A stretch of DNA of 64,000 bases, from assembly GCA_000320545.1 (NCBI GenBank), contig ADNK01002490.1:21440-85439 (forward strand), in the 5' to 3' direction. The notes under the pieces are model-generated. The model saw nothing but the letters and a program-made list of their open reading frames with translations. It was not told the origin of the DNA and ran no database searches. Shown here in pieces: positions 41,310-53,653 of this stretch. How positions within the stretch are numbered: position 1 is the first letter of the stretch; every line of letters begins with the position of its first letter. The position numbers and the translations under genes are program-made. Source of the stretch: Bigelowiella natans CCMP2755. Lineage: Eukaryota; Protista; Cercozoa.

Positions 41310-41744
41310 TTTCCTAGGCATTGACGAGCAAGCTAATTGAATGTGGAGGTTGGTGCATGTGAATACTCCTGGATACTACTTCCCTAGACTTTCGATTTTG
41401 TGATCGAATGTTTGGATCATGCAGGCAAAAAAGCAAGCTCTGCGAAGGAATACACACTAGACGTTCTGAGAATGCATCTCGAATATAGCATATTGGATTA
41501 CCTCAGATTCCTTGCTGGATGGGTCAGTCTTAGCCTCTCGTTATGCTACAACTATTCTTTTCTTAAAAATGTCCCTACCGAGAAGGTTATGAGCTTCGGG
41601 ATTTAATCAAAAATTATTTTGGCAAGCTAGCAAGAACTTATAACGATTTTGATCCGCAAAAAACAATTTAGGGAACATGGGGTGCCTACTATTGGGGACT
41701 GGAGAGAACGAAGGAACGACTCAAAAATTCAACATAAAAAAAGC

Positions 41745-42480
41745 TTATGCATGCCTGGCAATGTGCTCGTGCATTTTGTGATGCAGACTTGAAAGTACTT
41801 TGAAAGTACATTGTTACAGATGAAGGATCAAATTTGCTGCACGTTGCATTCATTTCTTTTCACCCGCACTAACACGTTAACACGCGCGATGTGCGTGCAC
41901 AAATCGTTGGTCGCTTGTGCCAGATCGATGATTGTGGATCCCTTGTGTCGATTGCTACTGGAAGATATTAGTAGTTAGGGCGATGTTGCTTGCTAGCTAT
42001 GAGGCAGGATTTCCACTATGCTAAGAAGATTCCCGTTCACGACCACGTGCATCATTTAAATCTGCTGCAGATATGCTAACTGTGATTGATACACGCAGTC
42101 TCCTGCTATTCGTCAAGTTTCCACCAGCGGTGCACATCCATGTCATGAGATGATCGATGCGCCGATGCACAAAGATGAAAATTGACATGACTAGCGCCAT
42201 GAAATAAAATGGCTACTACTCGGCTTAAATTAGCGCAGCGGAAGGCGCGTGTTTAATCGGCAATGCGTTGATTAGGATGAGCATCGCAACTACTAGACTA
42301 GTCTGCCATCACAGAATGACTGCACGAATTACACGTGACTGCTGCAACTTTCATTGCGCACCACATTGTTATACACATCATACTGAGAGCATATACGAAT
42401 GTGCAGTGCATCGGTCGTACATGGTGCGCAAAATGGACTCAAAAATCAATTACGAGTAACACATCACAGTAATGTGAATC
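41745..42480. repeat. Degenerate intergenic island downstream of the E2 gene
   Basis: Composition like the other islands (TGCA/CATG/CTAG-rich, relatively few CC/GG); no credible exons. Confidence 0.4.
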
Positions 42481-42576
42481 AACCCAGACATAGCGGTCGC
42501 CATCTGCCAATGATGCGTAAGAAAGTGTAGCAACGCGTTACATGATGCACCGATCCTCCGCTTTCGTTCATTCCAC

Positions 42577-44083
42577 TTAATCCTCCAGCGCATCTGTTAC
42601 TAGATGATCTATCGCATTTTGCATATCCCAGTTAGAGTCTTCAAGGGCTTTCAAGCTTGCATCCTTCCTGAAGCCCATGTCACGCATCTGTAATGTTAGT
42701 GAACCATCAGGGCAAACATGCACTTAAGAAAGAAGGCAACACTTTTCACCGTTTGAAGTAACGAATTGACGCGATGCCTCTTCTGCTCCGGCATAGCCCA
42801 TCTCTCAGTCCACATTGCCGCTGTATACATATCAATACCAATCAATACATAACTGCAGATGAAGGAAATGGTGTCCAAGTATAGCAATCGCCGAGCCCCC
42901 CAATTCAATAGACAATGCATGCGTCTTCGGTTCCAAAGACATGATTTTTTTTTTTTAATATGACCTGTTTCTTTCCACAGAGCCTCATCATCTAGGTACT
43001 GTCGAGCTACAACAGCATCCTGGGGATCTTCAGGGACAGGAGAAGACATCAAAGCCTGAAAATCAACGTCATTTCCATGAAACAACAGATCAATGTATGT
43101 ACATGAAGGGGGAAATCTAGCCCCTCTTTTGCCCTCAATACCCTCATCAGACGCTATTGTATCAACCTTGTTTTCCTACCTGTATGGATAGAATTGTAGT
43201 TTTTAACGTAAGAGTCGGGCTCCACTGATCTTTGAGAATGTCCAAGCAAATGACCCCGGTCTAAGAGAAAATTGAATGGATCGCTCAGACGCATGAATAC
43301 AAATTTCCCCCTATACCCCGAACCAAATCTCACTGTCTCAACCTTGCTGGAAATGTTTGGATGCCAGACTTTAGTGAGGAACTTCACCTTCGGAGGTTCA
43401 AAGGGATATCTAGAGAGAGAGAAAAACACAGATCAATCATAAAGGCAAATCTGAAGAAAATCAAAGTATGATGCTGTACCTCGCTGGAATTTCGATGCGG
43501 ACGACGAAAGTGCCGTTTTCATATCTGAGAGTGATGCACAGAGACTGAAGACATGCGGTCATGGAAAACACAAGGAGGAATGGAAACAATTCGGATCTTT
43601 TCTATTATCCAGTCGGGCGGTTAGTGTAATAGTTGGTCTTAGTAATATCAAATGCCTATGTGCAGAATTTAGGCCATGATTTGATTGAAACTGTCGGTCA
43701 TTATTCAATATGATTTTGGGGTTATCATACGGTGTGTCTTGAGGTCCTTGAAATGTCCCTTCCATTAATGACATGGAATCTCCGACGATTTTTATCGATA
43801 TTTTCGACGACTTGTCGCCGTCTTCAAGATCACGAATCTCTTTCTACCGAAGAGCACACAAATCATGTTTTCTCAGCATGGTAAAGAAGAACGACGGTAG
43901 CTGAATACCTGAATTCTGCGCGTGCAGCTTGTAGCACTAGTACTTCCGCCCCGAAAACTACACAGAGTCTTGGATGTGAATTTCAAGCTACTCCGTTCTA
44001 CTTGTGGGATATACGCACGCAAAGAGGAGCAACATTCAATATTACACAGCAAGCTAATAAATTCTTGGATCGAAAACGCATTC
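42577..44083 (-). CDS. Ubiquitin-conjugating enzyme E2, UBC1/UBE2K-like with C-terminal UBA; N-terminal extension, start codon not identified
   Basis: RRIQ|KEIRDLE...EGTFQGPQDTP|YENGTFVVRIEIPAR|YPFEPPKVKFLTKVWHPNISSK|TGVICLDILKDQWSPTLTLKTTILSIQ|ALMSSPVPEDPQDAVVARQY...WTERWA...MRDMGFRKDASLKALEDSNWDMQNAIDHL...* (stop 42577-42579). Confidence 0.93.
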
Positions 44084-44526
44084 TATCGATTTGTTTGTTT
44101 TCTTGCAGCATTTGCGCTTCGTTGGCGTAGAAGCGGTAAGGGCGGGAGCATATAGGGTGGTTTTATGGGAAGGAGGGCAGTGGTTGGTAGGAATGGGACT
44201 GAGGAAGATGGAATGCTGGGAGGATGGGAATGCTGATGATCACCCATTGCATCACGTGCAAGGGCAGTTCAGCCGAGAAATGCCATATAAAAATGTGAGT
44301 CTCACTGCCTGTCGCAAGCAAAAAAAGATATGGATTTTCAATGTTTTCTCTTGTACAACAAACCCGCTGCGCGGAGGCCGAAGGCATCGCAAATTTAGAC
44401 CTGCGACAACAAAAAGTGATCAGTTTTCCTCTTCGCCCGCCGTTTCCGTTGCGGGAGAACGGCAGGTTTGAAACTGTGGAGAAGGAGGAGAACCCAGAGC
44501 CGACGAAGTGAGAGGGGGGCTGAAGC

Positions 44527-45645
44527 ATGGCGGCCCGCGAGGCGTCAAGTTGCCATTCTAGCGAGAGAACCCCAAATAGTCCCTTCTGGTTAATTGTTCG
44601 CCGTGCGGTTACTGATGCGTTCGACCGACGGGAGAATGGGGCTCGCGAGCAAATTGCCATTGGTGTTATCTTAGACTATCTCTACATTCCAGACTTTCAG
44701 TTGGAGGTAGTGATGGCGTTTCGACAACCACATGCCAGTAAATCTATCTTTATTATTGTTTGATTATCATTGAAAGTATCCTTCTCCTCCTCCGCTTGCT
44801 CTTCCTCTTCAGGACCACGGGACGATAATAGACACAGTGTGCATATCACCGTTTTCAACGCACGTCGCCACTGGGGCTAGGGACGCCACAATACGGTGCT
44901 CAACGTGATCAAATGCTTATCGATGATGTTGATATTTTATTACATTTCACAAACAAAAGTGTAATTATAAGGGTCTACTCGATGGCAACAAGACGCAAGG
45001 TACGACAGCTCACAGGCCACAAACACTGGATAACGTGCCTCACGTACACCCCAGACAGGTTAACATAATCTAACATAAACTTCCCCTCTCTTAGCGCTGT
45101 ATCTTTGTTAACATTATCTTAAATCTCATTGAACTAACTTCTCTTTAGCAAGTATTTGATTTCCGGCTCCCGTGATTGCGATATCAAGGTGTAGTCATAG
45201 CAGCTGCTTTGTAGCAGCGCAACGTCATAGTTTTAGGTGATTTATGTCACTTACAAGAGCATGGCTGTGTGATTCACTGTTGTTACTAGATATGGTGGGC
45301 TGGGGAAAAGGCCAAAAATTATGAGCTGGGAACCATCACGGTCACTACTACTAAGTAGTTGTGAACTGTTGTAATGTTATATCGCTGTCGTGTTTGGAGA
45401 CATAAAACTTTCCAAGCAACGATGGCAAGTACGTGAATAATGTATCGGATCCAATAGCTTGGGCGATTTTGACAACTAATGCTGGGTGGTTATAGGCAGG
45501 AGAAACCTTCGTGGAGAAAGAACGCATTCATCGAGTAGCTCATATGGGACCTGTGACTTGTTTCGCTGTAACAAGTGACTCCAAGGTGGGGTATCTTGTA
45601 TTAAGACGATCATTTGTGGAATCATTTGATTAAATCTCTCTTTCC

Positions 45646-45676
<31 letters not shown>

Positions 45677-48349
45677 CCTCCTTCCTCCTCCACCAAATTT
45701 ACTGCTATCCATACCATGAGCCTTCAATTCTCCTCCCTCATTATGCCATCTATCTCTCCAGTACAATTTAAATAACATTGCTTTATCCCATCATCCCCCC
45801 ATCTATTATATCGTGCCCACCATTCATTAAGCTAAGAAATAGAAAGAAATACTCCATACTACTACTACATATCTTCTGCTTCTGGTCGTCAGGTTTTAGC
45901 GTCAGGATCAGACGACATGAGTATCAAACTTTGGTCCATTCCTGGAGGGGCCCTCATCAGAGTAATAAACCACTAATTCTTTCCTCCCCTACATTCATAC
46001 AAGGGGGGGAGAGGATGAGAAGGGGAGAGGGTAGTGTGGAAGATACGTAAATCCTGAGTGATCAATTCCCAAACCCCTTGCTCTTACAGACGATATCATG
46101 GCATCGGCACCACATTACCTCGTGAGTGAATCAGCACATAGCATAGGCAACACAACACAATCATCGTATAGCATGAACGTTGTGTAAATCTACAGAGTAG
46201 CTTTCTCGGAGGGGAGCATGCTGGCGTCTGCCTCTAAAGACTCCACGGTAGCAAACCACATTCCGCAAATTTAATTAGAACTAGAGTATCCATTCTGGTG
46301 TCTTTCGACGAGAATAGCAGTAATCGCGGCGTATATGTGAGAAAGCTGAATTGGCTAAGTCAGGGAGAAGGATTAGAGGGGTGAGGAATGTAGATATATC
46401 ATTACTTAATACACCATTACTGTCAGCTACGGATATGGAAAATAGAAGAAATCGCAGCAACGGCAGAGAAAAAGCAAGCTAGGCAAAATAATTATCAGAG
46501 CAACGACAGCGGACCTCGGCCAATCAATGCGACCACGATTAAACGTAAGAAGACCGGTTCAAGAATGTTGATAAACAAGTTGAGATGCAGTCTAGTTTCA
46601 TAATTTTGGATGTACTTCATTTACAGTGTGGAACACGCAAACGGGAGGAAGCAACGACAAACACGATTATAAAACTGGAAGCGATGTTTCAACGCAACGG
46701 GTAGTAAGCTATGAATGAACTCGTTAGCCTTTTATAATTAGCAGATCACCAGAATAAGAATACGTGGGAACGCACTCATTGGGATCCTTTCCCCTATTTT
46801 ATTAACCACTCCTCTCCCCTACAAAATCGTTCTGAAATCCCTCGTTCATGTCACGTCTCTTAGTTAACGACTACTGTGTTCTCCCTCTTTTTTTCTGACC
46901 AATCATACCAACATTAGCTACACTTATACCTAAAAATCACAAAGATATATCTATCTCCAGGCCACCCAGATGATACGAAGCGAAGTGTGCTTTGATTCAG
47001 CTCCTTCCGGCGGCGGTCATGACGCTGCTTCTGTCCCTGAAAGGTGGTGATAGCACGTATTTCTCAAACCGAAGTAGAATTACACAAATATCTTCTTCTT
47101 ATTATTATTCTCCTTCTTTCATGTGCGCAGAATCGAAGTAGTGGCTGCAGCATGCAGCGATGGGGTAAAAAGTTCTCCGACTAACATCTTTTTGGAAAAT
47201 GTCTATCGTGTTTCAGCCGCCCTCATAACTATTGTAAACACCTAATCGTCAATTATAGATCGTAAAAATCTGGTCCTTCAGAAAGGAATCTAGCCTTCTT
47301 CACAATGCAACACCCGTGGAAGGAGCACATAAGGACGAAGATGATGAAGGCAGCGACGTTGAAGAGGGGGTTGAGGATGACCCAAGCCATGATAATGATG
47401 ATAGTAATAGTGATGATGAAGAAGATAGTGAAGAAGAGGAGGACAGGAAGCGAGGGGAGGTCTCGCCATCTATGTCATCACACCATGCAGCAATTTGTGA
47501 AGAAACCAAAATGAAGCTGGAGTTTGAGATTGATGCTGCGGAAGGTCGAAAGATAAATGAGAAAATGAACCAAAAAATTCCAATAAATTCGTCAAGCGGG
47601 GTGTTCCCCACCGTTGTGTTTGCCGCTGTAGTTCATTACGGGCCTGTTTTCTCGAGTAGTTACCTCCCTCAAACAAGAAGCACCTTCATCCAAATTGCAC
47701 GCTTTGATTTCGCACACCAGGTGATGCTGGTGGAAATGCGAAGGCAAACGAGGATAGCATGACTTCAGTCGCTATGCAAACTACAGCGAGAAGGATCGCC
47801 GTTGGAACATGTGATATGAGTTAACTAACCAAACAAAAATAAATCGGTTTATTCGAGATTCTCTCCTCGCGGGAGTCTTTGCCTGGCTCACTCGAGATCT
47901 TTTTCCCACAAGGTGACCAGCAACCAACTCATGATTTGATATTTTGTGTGCAGGCAGATATAGTGCCAGGGAGAAAAGTAATATGGGTTCTGTGAGCCTC
48001 TGGGAATGGTACTACACTGCTACTACTACAACTTAGTACAGTTGCCTTTGATTATTTTGTTCATGTTGTCTCATCTTCCAGGTCGCCGGATAATTCAGCC
48101 GAATTGAGGGGAATTGTTTACACAAGGCCAGCAAGAAAGGTAATCGTCGTATGGGCTGCTATAAAATCTTTTCGTGGAACATGTTGTATGAGCTAGTCAC
48201 ATTATTCTGTAAACGAACACACTAAATGTCTACGTTATTCGTCACAGATATCATTGACCAGCGACGGAGTTGGGCTCATAATTCTACCAGAAGAGAGACT
48301 TGCTACTACTGTTTTATTCAAAAGTGTTGATGGTATGTACAGATTTTAA
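44527..48349 (+). CDS. WD40-repeat protein with acidic low-complexity insert, multi-exon; ends approximate
   Basis: DHGTIIDTVCISPFSTHVATGARDATIR|VY; GHKHWITCLTYTPD|SKYLISGSRDCDIK|IW; AFSEGSMLASASKDST|LRIWKI; D/E-rich exon at ~47316-47720. Confidence 0.78.
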
Positions 48350-48419
48350 GTATTCTTTAAAAAGTGTTGCAATGGAACGACTATATTTCCGCCAGCGCTA
48401 TCACTGTGAAACGGCGATG

Positions 48420-48930
48420 GAATATCTAGAACACATCTAGTACATGCGCACGTGTTGCTCACGTGCCTTCGCTCGCAGGCACGTGGGTGTGCTGTGCCGA
48501 GGCGGGTCCGCGTGTCTCCGTTTGGCCGTCTAGCCGCGTGCACGGCGGGTCCAGGGGCGTGCATGCAAGTCGAGGTCTGGGAGACGTCGTTTGCACAATG
48601 CCCACGTGCGCTCGGATCTACGCACATTGCACGTGCATGCGTGCGTGCTGATCGACGCACTGCTGAAGCACGATGCCGCACCGTGTCATTCATATGTGTG
48701 GTCAACCTCATGACCCATTGTGCGCGTGAAATTTGTAGCTTAGACTAGAAATTGCGTGCACGTGCATGTTCTCAATCCAAAGCCGATGAATGTGCGCATG
48801 CTCGAGCGCCGAGAAGCGACAATGCGAATTGCTGCTGCCTAATGTGTGCATGGAGTTTGCGTGCATCGTCGAGGCCTCCAAGCAATGGTGTGCACCTGAT
48901 TCTAGTGTATTTCAATATCAATGCTACTTC
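48420..48930. repeat. Degenerate intergenic island between convergent WD40 and TPR genes
   Basis: Dense gcacgtgc/gcatgc/ctag words; acacatctagtacatg at 48431; ggcgggtcc occurs twice. Confidence 0.5.
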
Positions 48931-48938
48931 TGATGCCG

Positions 48939-49921
48939 TCAAGATAGTGTTTGAGCGGCAATAAAATCGTTGAGATAGCCTGTCATTATAGGAGGCCATC
49001 TGCGTATCCGTCCTACCCAATCTTTATCAAGATACTTTCCGCAACCGGCTGATCAAATAAGGTGTGGAGGGATAGGGAGGGGGTTGGGATATATTTAATA
49101 ACTAAGATAGAAAACTACATTTAGTTCCACTCGTACCGTTTATACGCTCACACGCATACTGCCAGACTTGTCTTGCATCACTATCTTGTCCCTGCGAACA
49201 TATTTATGGATGATGAGAAAAAAGCATGCAGGTAAGAAACAAGAATCATATTTCATACAGGAGTGTGCGCTTATTGTCGAAAGTGTCCATAGAAGAAGAA
49301 GAAGAAGAAGAAGAAGAAGAAGAAGAAAGTTGTTGTAGACCCACCTGATGCCAATACAACGCCGCCAACGCCGCCCGGATGTCTACAGATCTTAATTTAT
49401 ATGGAATATCATCAGCGGTAAAAGCACAAAAACATAGTCACACTGCACACAGAAACTAGTAGGGAAAACGTATAGCCAAAAACTTGTACAGAGATATTTT
49501 TTGGGAAAGGATTGAGCGAAAAGATACATCATCAAACCAGATAACACACATCCATCAATAGATTGCTTATACGTGGGTGCATCCTTTGTGTTGACCGCCA
49601 CATTGCTATGAGCTATATGTTTGACTACCCTGGGCCTCTCCTCGATATGGCAACCATTTCTCGTAAAGCCTGCTGCTCCTCTCCAAGCTGCATATACATA
49701 TTTAGGTGTTATACACACACAGCTATTCTCTTTTGAACCGCTTATGTGTGGTGTATGTGTGTGTGTGTGTGTGCGTGCGTGTGTGTGTGCGTGTGAAAGA
49801 GTCAGTACTTGAACAAGCATGAGCGCGGCGTTGGATGCTGCATATATCGCCCCATCTAGCCTCTGTGTGGTGCTTCCTCCCTTTCGTAATTATTTCGCAC
49901 CAAATATCAGACAGCAATATA

Positions 49922-49952
<31 letters not shown>

Positions 49953-50556
49953 CAAGAACCAGAAAACAAATAGTATAACACCTCCTCATTGGCGTAACGC
50001 CTAAACATCTTACATCCCAAGAAATGAAGACAACTAGTCTCTCACCTCTCCACGAAACCCCTTAGCACGTTGGAATAGATCACGCGCGGCCAAATAATCT
50101 GTCAATACCCATATGCATATGAGCGGCAGCGGAACAAGGAGAAGTATCGGCGGCGACGACGATTAACCGTCCCCCACTCCACTCCCTCCCACGTATTTCA
50201 ACAACAATTTCCGGTGTCCTCCTCACCATCCCGTGCGCTTTGCCATTTTCCCAGAGACGCATAGCAGTTGCCTAGGAGGGGTGTTATGACAAAATGGTGT
50301 ATGCATGCTGCTTGTTAACCACGGCCTACTTGATGCATGCAGCTTTGATATCGGGCGTCCGTTCTCAGTAATATGAGGGGGGGGGGAGGGGGTTGTGATG
50401 ATATTCGATGCTCGCTATTCTATGTTTAGCATTACCACGGCTGTTGACTACGTATGGATCAGGGTTTACCTGTAATCAAGAAGAGCATATCGCAGCGGAC
50501 AATATCAAGACAAATATCATTCCTTTTTCCTCATTCTCCTTCTCCTTCTTCTACTT

Positions 50557-50598
<42 letters not shown>

Positions 50599-51945
50599 CT
50601 GGTAACGGAGAACATGTTTTGACTCGTACCAATGTGTAATATTGTTAAGTAACTCTGTCTAACTGTTCTCACGAACGTTTTGCTCAAATGCAATCTCGAT
50701 AGCTCTGTCGTAGTCTCTGTTTATGATTTTAAAAAATAATTTATATACGAAATGTCAAGATGACAATGACGATGGTATTCCGTCGTGAAATGATGATAAC
50801 TTTCAAAAAAATAAACTTTTTTCAGCTTGAATTAGAGGATAACACCAAAGTCCGATACATTTCCCACTTCCACAACATAATTAGATCGCACGGAATCTCT
50901 AATATATTTGACAAGGTATCGATCGTATGCTATGCAAACCCCCTTATTATCCTTCGCTATTTATGTCTCTTCAACTCCCTCTATCTCCTTCCCTTACAAC
51001 TTTATTGCTTTTTCCCAATTAGCCAGGCCCTCGTATGCCAATGCACGTCCTGCGACAACTCAATTTTAATTGCAATAAGCCATTGGACGAATAAAAGGAG
51101 TGAATAGGGAGGGAAAAGACAAGAGAGCAGGATAGGTATAGAAAAATATTTTGGATCTCTCTAGGGCGGCGAACATTAGCATTACAAAGAAACTTGCATG
51201 CTTTTTACTATACCGGATAGTAATCTTCCATCAAACCCAGCATCAGTTAGAGAGTCGCCTAATTTATCATAAAATGTGTATTCTTCATCACCGTGGTTAC
51301 GACTGAAAATCACCAGAATTCGATTTCTAGTAAAGATTTTCCTTCACAGTTGATGCGAGGAGAAGACATACGGGAATGCATAGCGACTTATTATATATTG
51401 TTGCTCGCCTGTTAGATGTTTCGCGTGGATGGCCAAAGCCGCGTCATAATCACGCACAGCCGCTTCGAAATCCTAACAAATAGAGAGGAAATAAAAGATA
51501 AGAAAGGAATGTGCAGAGGTGCGAGTGCGTGTGTGTGGTTTGCTTAAAAAAGTGATTGAATGTGAGTCAGCTAATGTTTGGCTCTAATAACGTATCACAT
51601 TACCCTAGTCTCTCACACAAGTACAACATCATCCTACAACCTAAACACACCTCCAGTACACTCTAAACACTTCTCATCATCCTCATCATCCTCATTCCCA
51701 TGACCCCCATCATTCTCATCACCAAAAGGAGCAAAGGCAACGAACCTTCATATCAACATAGGCCTCTGCCCGTGCTGCAGACCACTTGAAGTTATCAGGC
51801 TGCGATTTTACCAACTCTCCGAGAACATTCGCCGCCTCTTTGAAGTTCATTTCTCCGTATATCTCTGTGGCTTGCTATCCAAAACATAAAGTTACAGACA
51901 GCGAAGACGAAGGTCCCTCCCCCCCCGCGCGCAAACACACACACA

Positions 51946-52001
<56 letters not shown>

Positions 52002-52397
52002 GCACGCACGCACGCACGTACGCAGACAAAATTATAATCAAATACACCTTTTCAAGGAACTCCACTTTATTGCTTCCATCAACTGAGGCAACTGATGGAC
52101 GTCCTCCGAGTAAGCAACCTCCGAGTGCCAAAGCTCCCGAACCCGCAATGGATGAGGATACTTGTTCATCGTAAAATGTGAAGGATGGGGCGTAGGTAGA
52201 CTTTAGTGTGATAAAGATGACAGGGAAAGAGCATGTAAGGTACCACGTCTTCTTGAAGTGTGGAAAGCAAGATTCCTAGTAGTACGACTATTTTTTCGAA
52301 TCACCAGCCGCCCCCGCCTTGGCGCCGACGCTGTGCATCTGGCTGAGGCAAGGAACAAAATCGAGAGGAAGAGAGCAATGCTTACTCTAGTTTTCAT
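48939..52397 (-). CDS. Plastid (probably thylakoid lumen) TPR protein of the cyanobacterial/green-algal 'RRWPP' type, ~12 exons
   Basis: MKTRVSIALFLSILFLASARCTA (signal peptide), then an R/S/T-rich transit peptide, then SRRR|VSSSIAGSGALALGGCLLGGRPSVA (Tat-like). TPR exons: GRALAYEGLANWEKAI, DPYVVNSRG|NCYASLGKWQSAR, AASNAALMLVQ, SVDIRAALAALYW, YLDKDWVGRIRRWPP. Stop at 48939-48941. Confidence 0.88.
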
Positions 52398-53653
52398 CTT
52401 GGAGTGGCAGGGGCCAAGAGACTGGTTATGGGCGAGGACAGTGGCACGTATCGATGGTGGTGTGGCAAAGCCTTTTTTGGAATATGTGTGGCAGCCCTCC
52501 TGTATTCTAATTAGCCAAAAAATATAGGCCATATTCCGACATCGACATGACAGCATTCCTCAAAATTCATGATTTCCTATTTTATCTGTTCATCCTGCGA
52601 CATCTTTTCCCCGATTGTCGCAGGATGGAAACTACATACGTGAAACCAGATTCCTTCTTCAACGCAGGCCGCCGACCGAAACAATCAAACCCTCCTAGCC
52701 TCGCGATTCGCTTCTTCTTCTTCATGCCCAGAACAAGAATGCAGCATTAAAGACAATGTTAGCTACACCCAAAGTGCAAACTTCACCGCGCCTTTGCAAG
52801 AGATGAATTTGTTCACACTGTTGCGCGCACTACTCTCACCGCATTGTGCCTCCTCTCCATCTACAACTATATTATTCCCCCTTGTACTTCAAGCTTTTTG
52901 AGGTCACCTATCTCAGGGGAGGTATCATGAATCTCAGGCTTCTGGGAGCCATGCAATGTGCACAGCAAACCAAGCACACTGAGAGATGCCGTGGCGTATC
53001 AAATTATGTTTCGTACGAAAAATAAATTTATTAATAATTTTTTCGTTCTACTATACATGTCGTACAATTTATAAGAGATTATGTCCTCTGAATCAAGGGG
53101 AAACGTCATATGCGACATAGCCAATATTTTATTTGTGGACCACAAAGGCTGTATGATACATGCAGTTGCAATAAGAGAACTGGTGGGACAATACTTAAAC
53201 TTTCTTGTTTTTTTTAACTAGATCTAAGGGGAATTAATGTTTGATGTCGCATCCGGTATTCCCAATGCGTTTTGCTTGTAGATTATTGTAAGGCGATTAT
53301 CGCGTGAGCATTTTCCCGCCAAGCGATTTCAAATGCGACACGGGTCAGAACTGCTTCTCACCAAGACCCGATATTTTTGAATCACGACTTAAAATCGAAG
53401 TCGCCATTGATTATTGTAAGTCAATGCAGACGCCGCTATGTTTAGAAACTGTTCTAACAATTTCTAGAATCTAGGAATTGCGACGATTAATCCAAGTCGC
53501 TCCCGATTGTTGTAGGGGAAAATGGACGCTTCATTAAAAAACCGTTCCTAATCTTGCGATTGAAACCGTTCTTAATCTTGCCTCTGGCCTTCAGTAGTTA
53601 CGTTTGATCTAGCGGGCGCTGTGCATCTTGCACCCCAATGTAGCACGGATTTA

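Noticed and set aside
43990-44020. Nucleomorph-sized (14-21 nt) intron joining the signal-peptide-like frame to the E2 frame
   Set aside because: The frame-restoring options need a 14-17-nt GT intron or a 20-nt GC intron, far shorter than other introns here (57 nt or more where confidently placed); unsupported without cDNA.
44163-44660. 165-aa minus-strand ORF upstream of the E2 gene as a stand-alone gene
   Set aside because: No recognisable domain and it overlaps the probable WD40 start on the opposite strand. Parts may be E2 leader exons, but no consistent splice path could be established.
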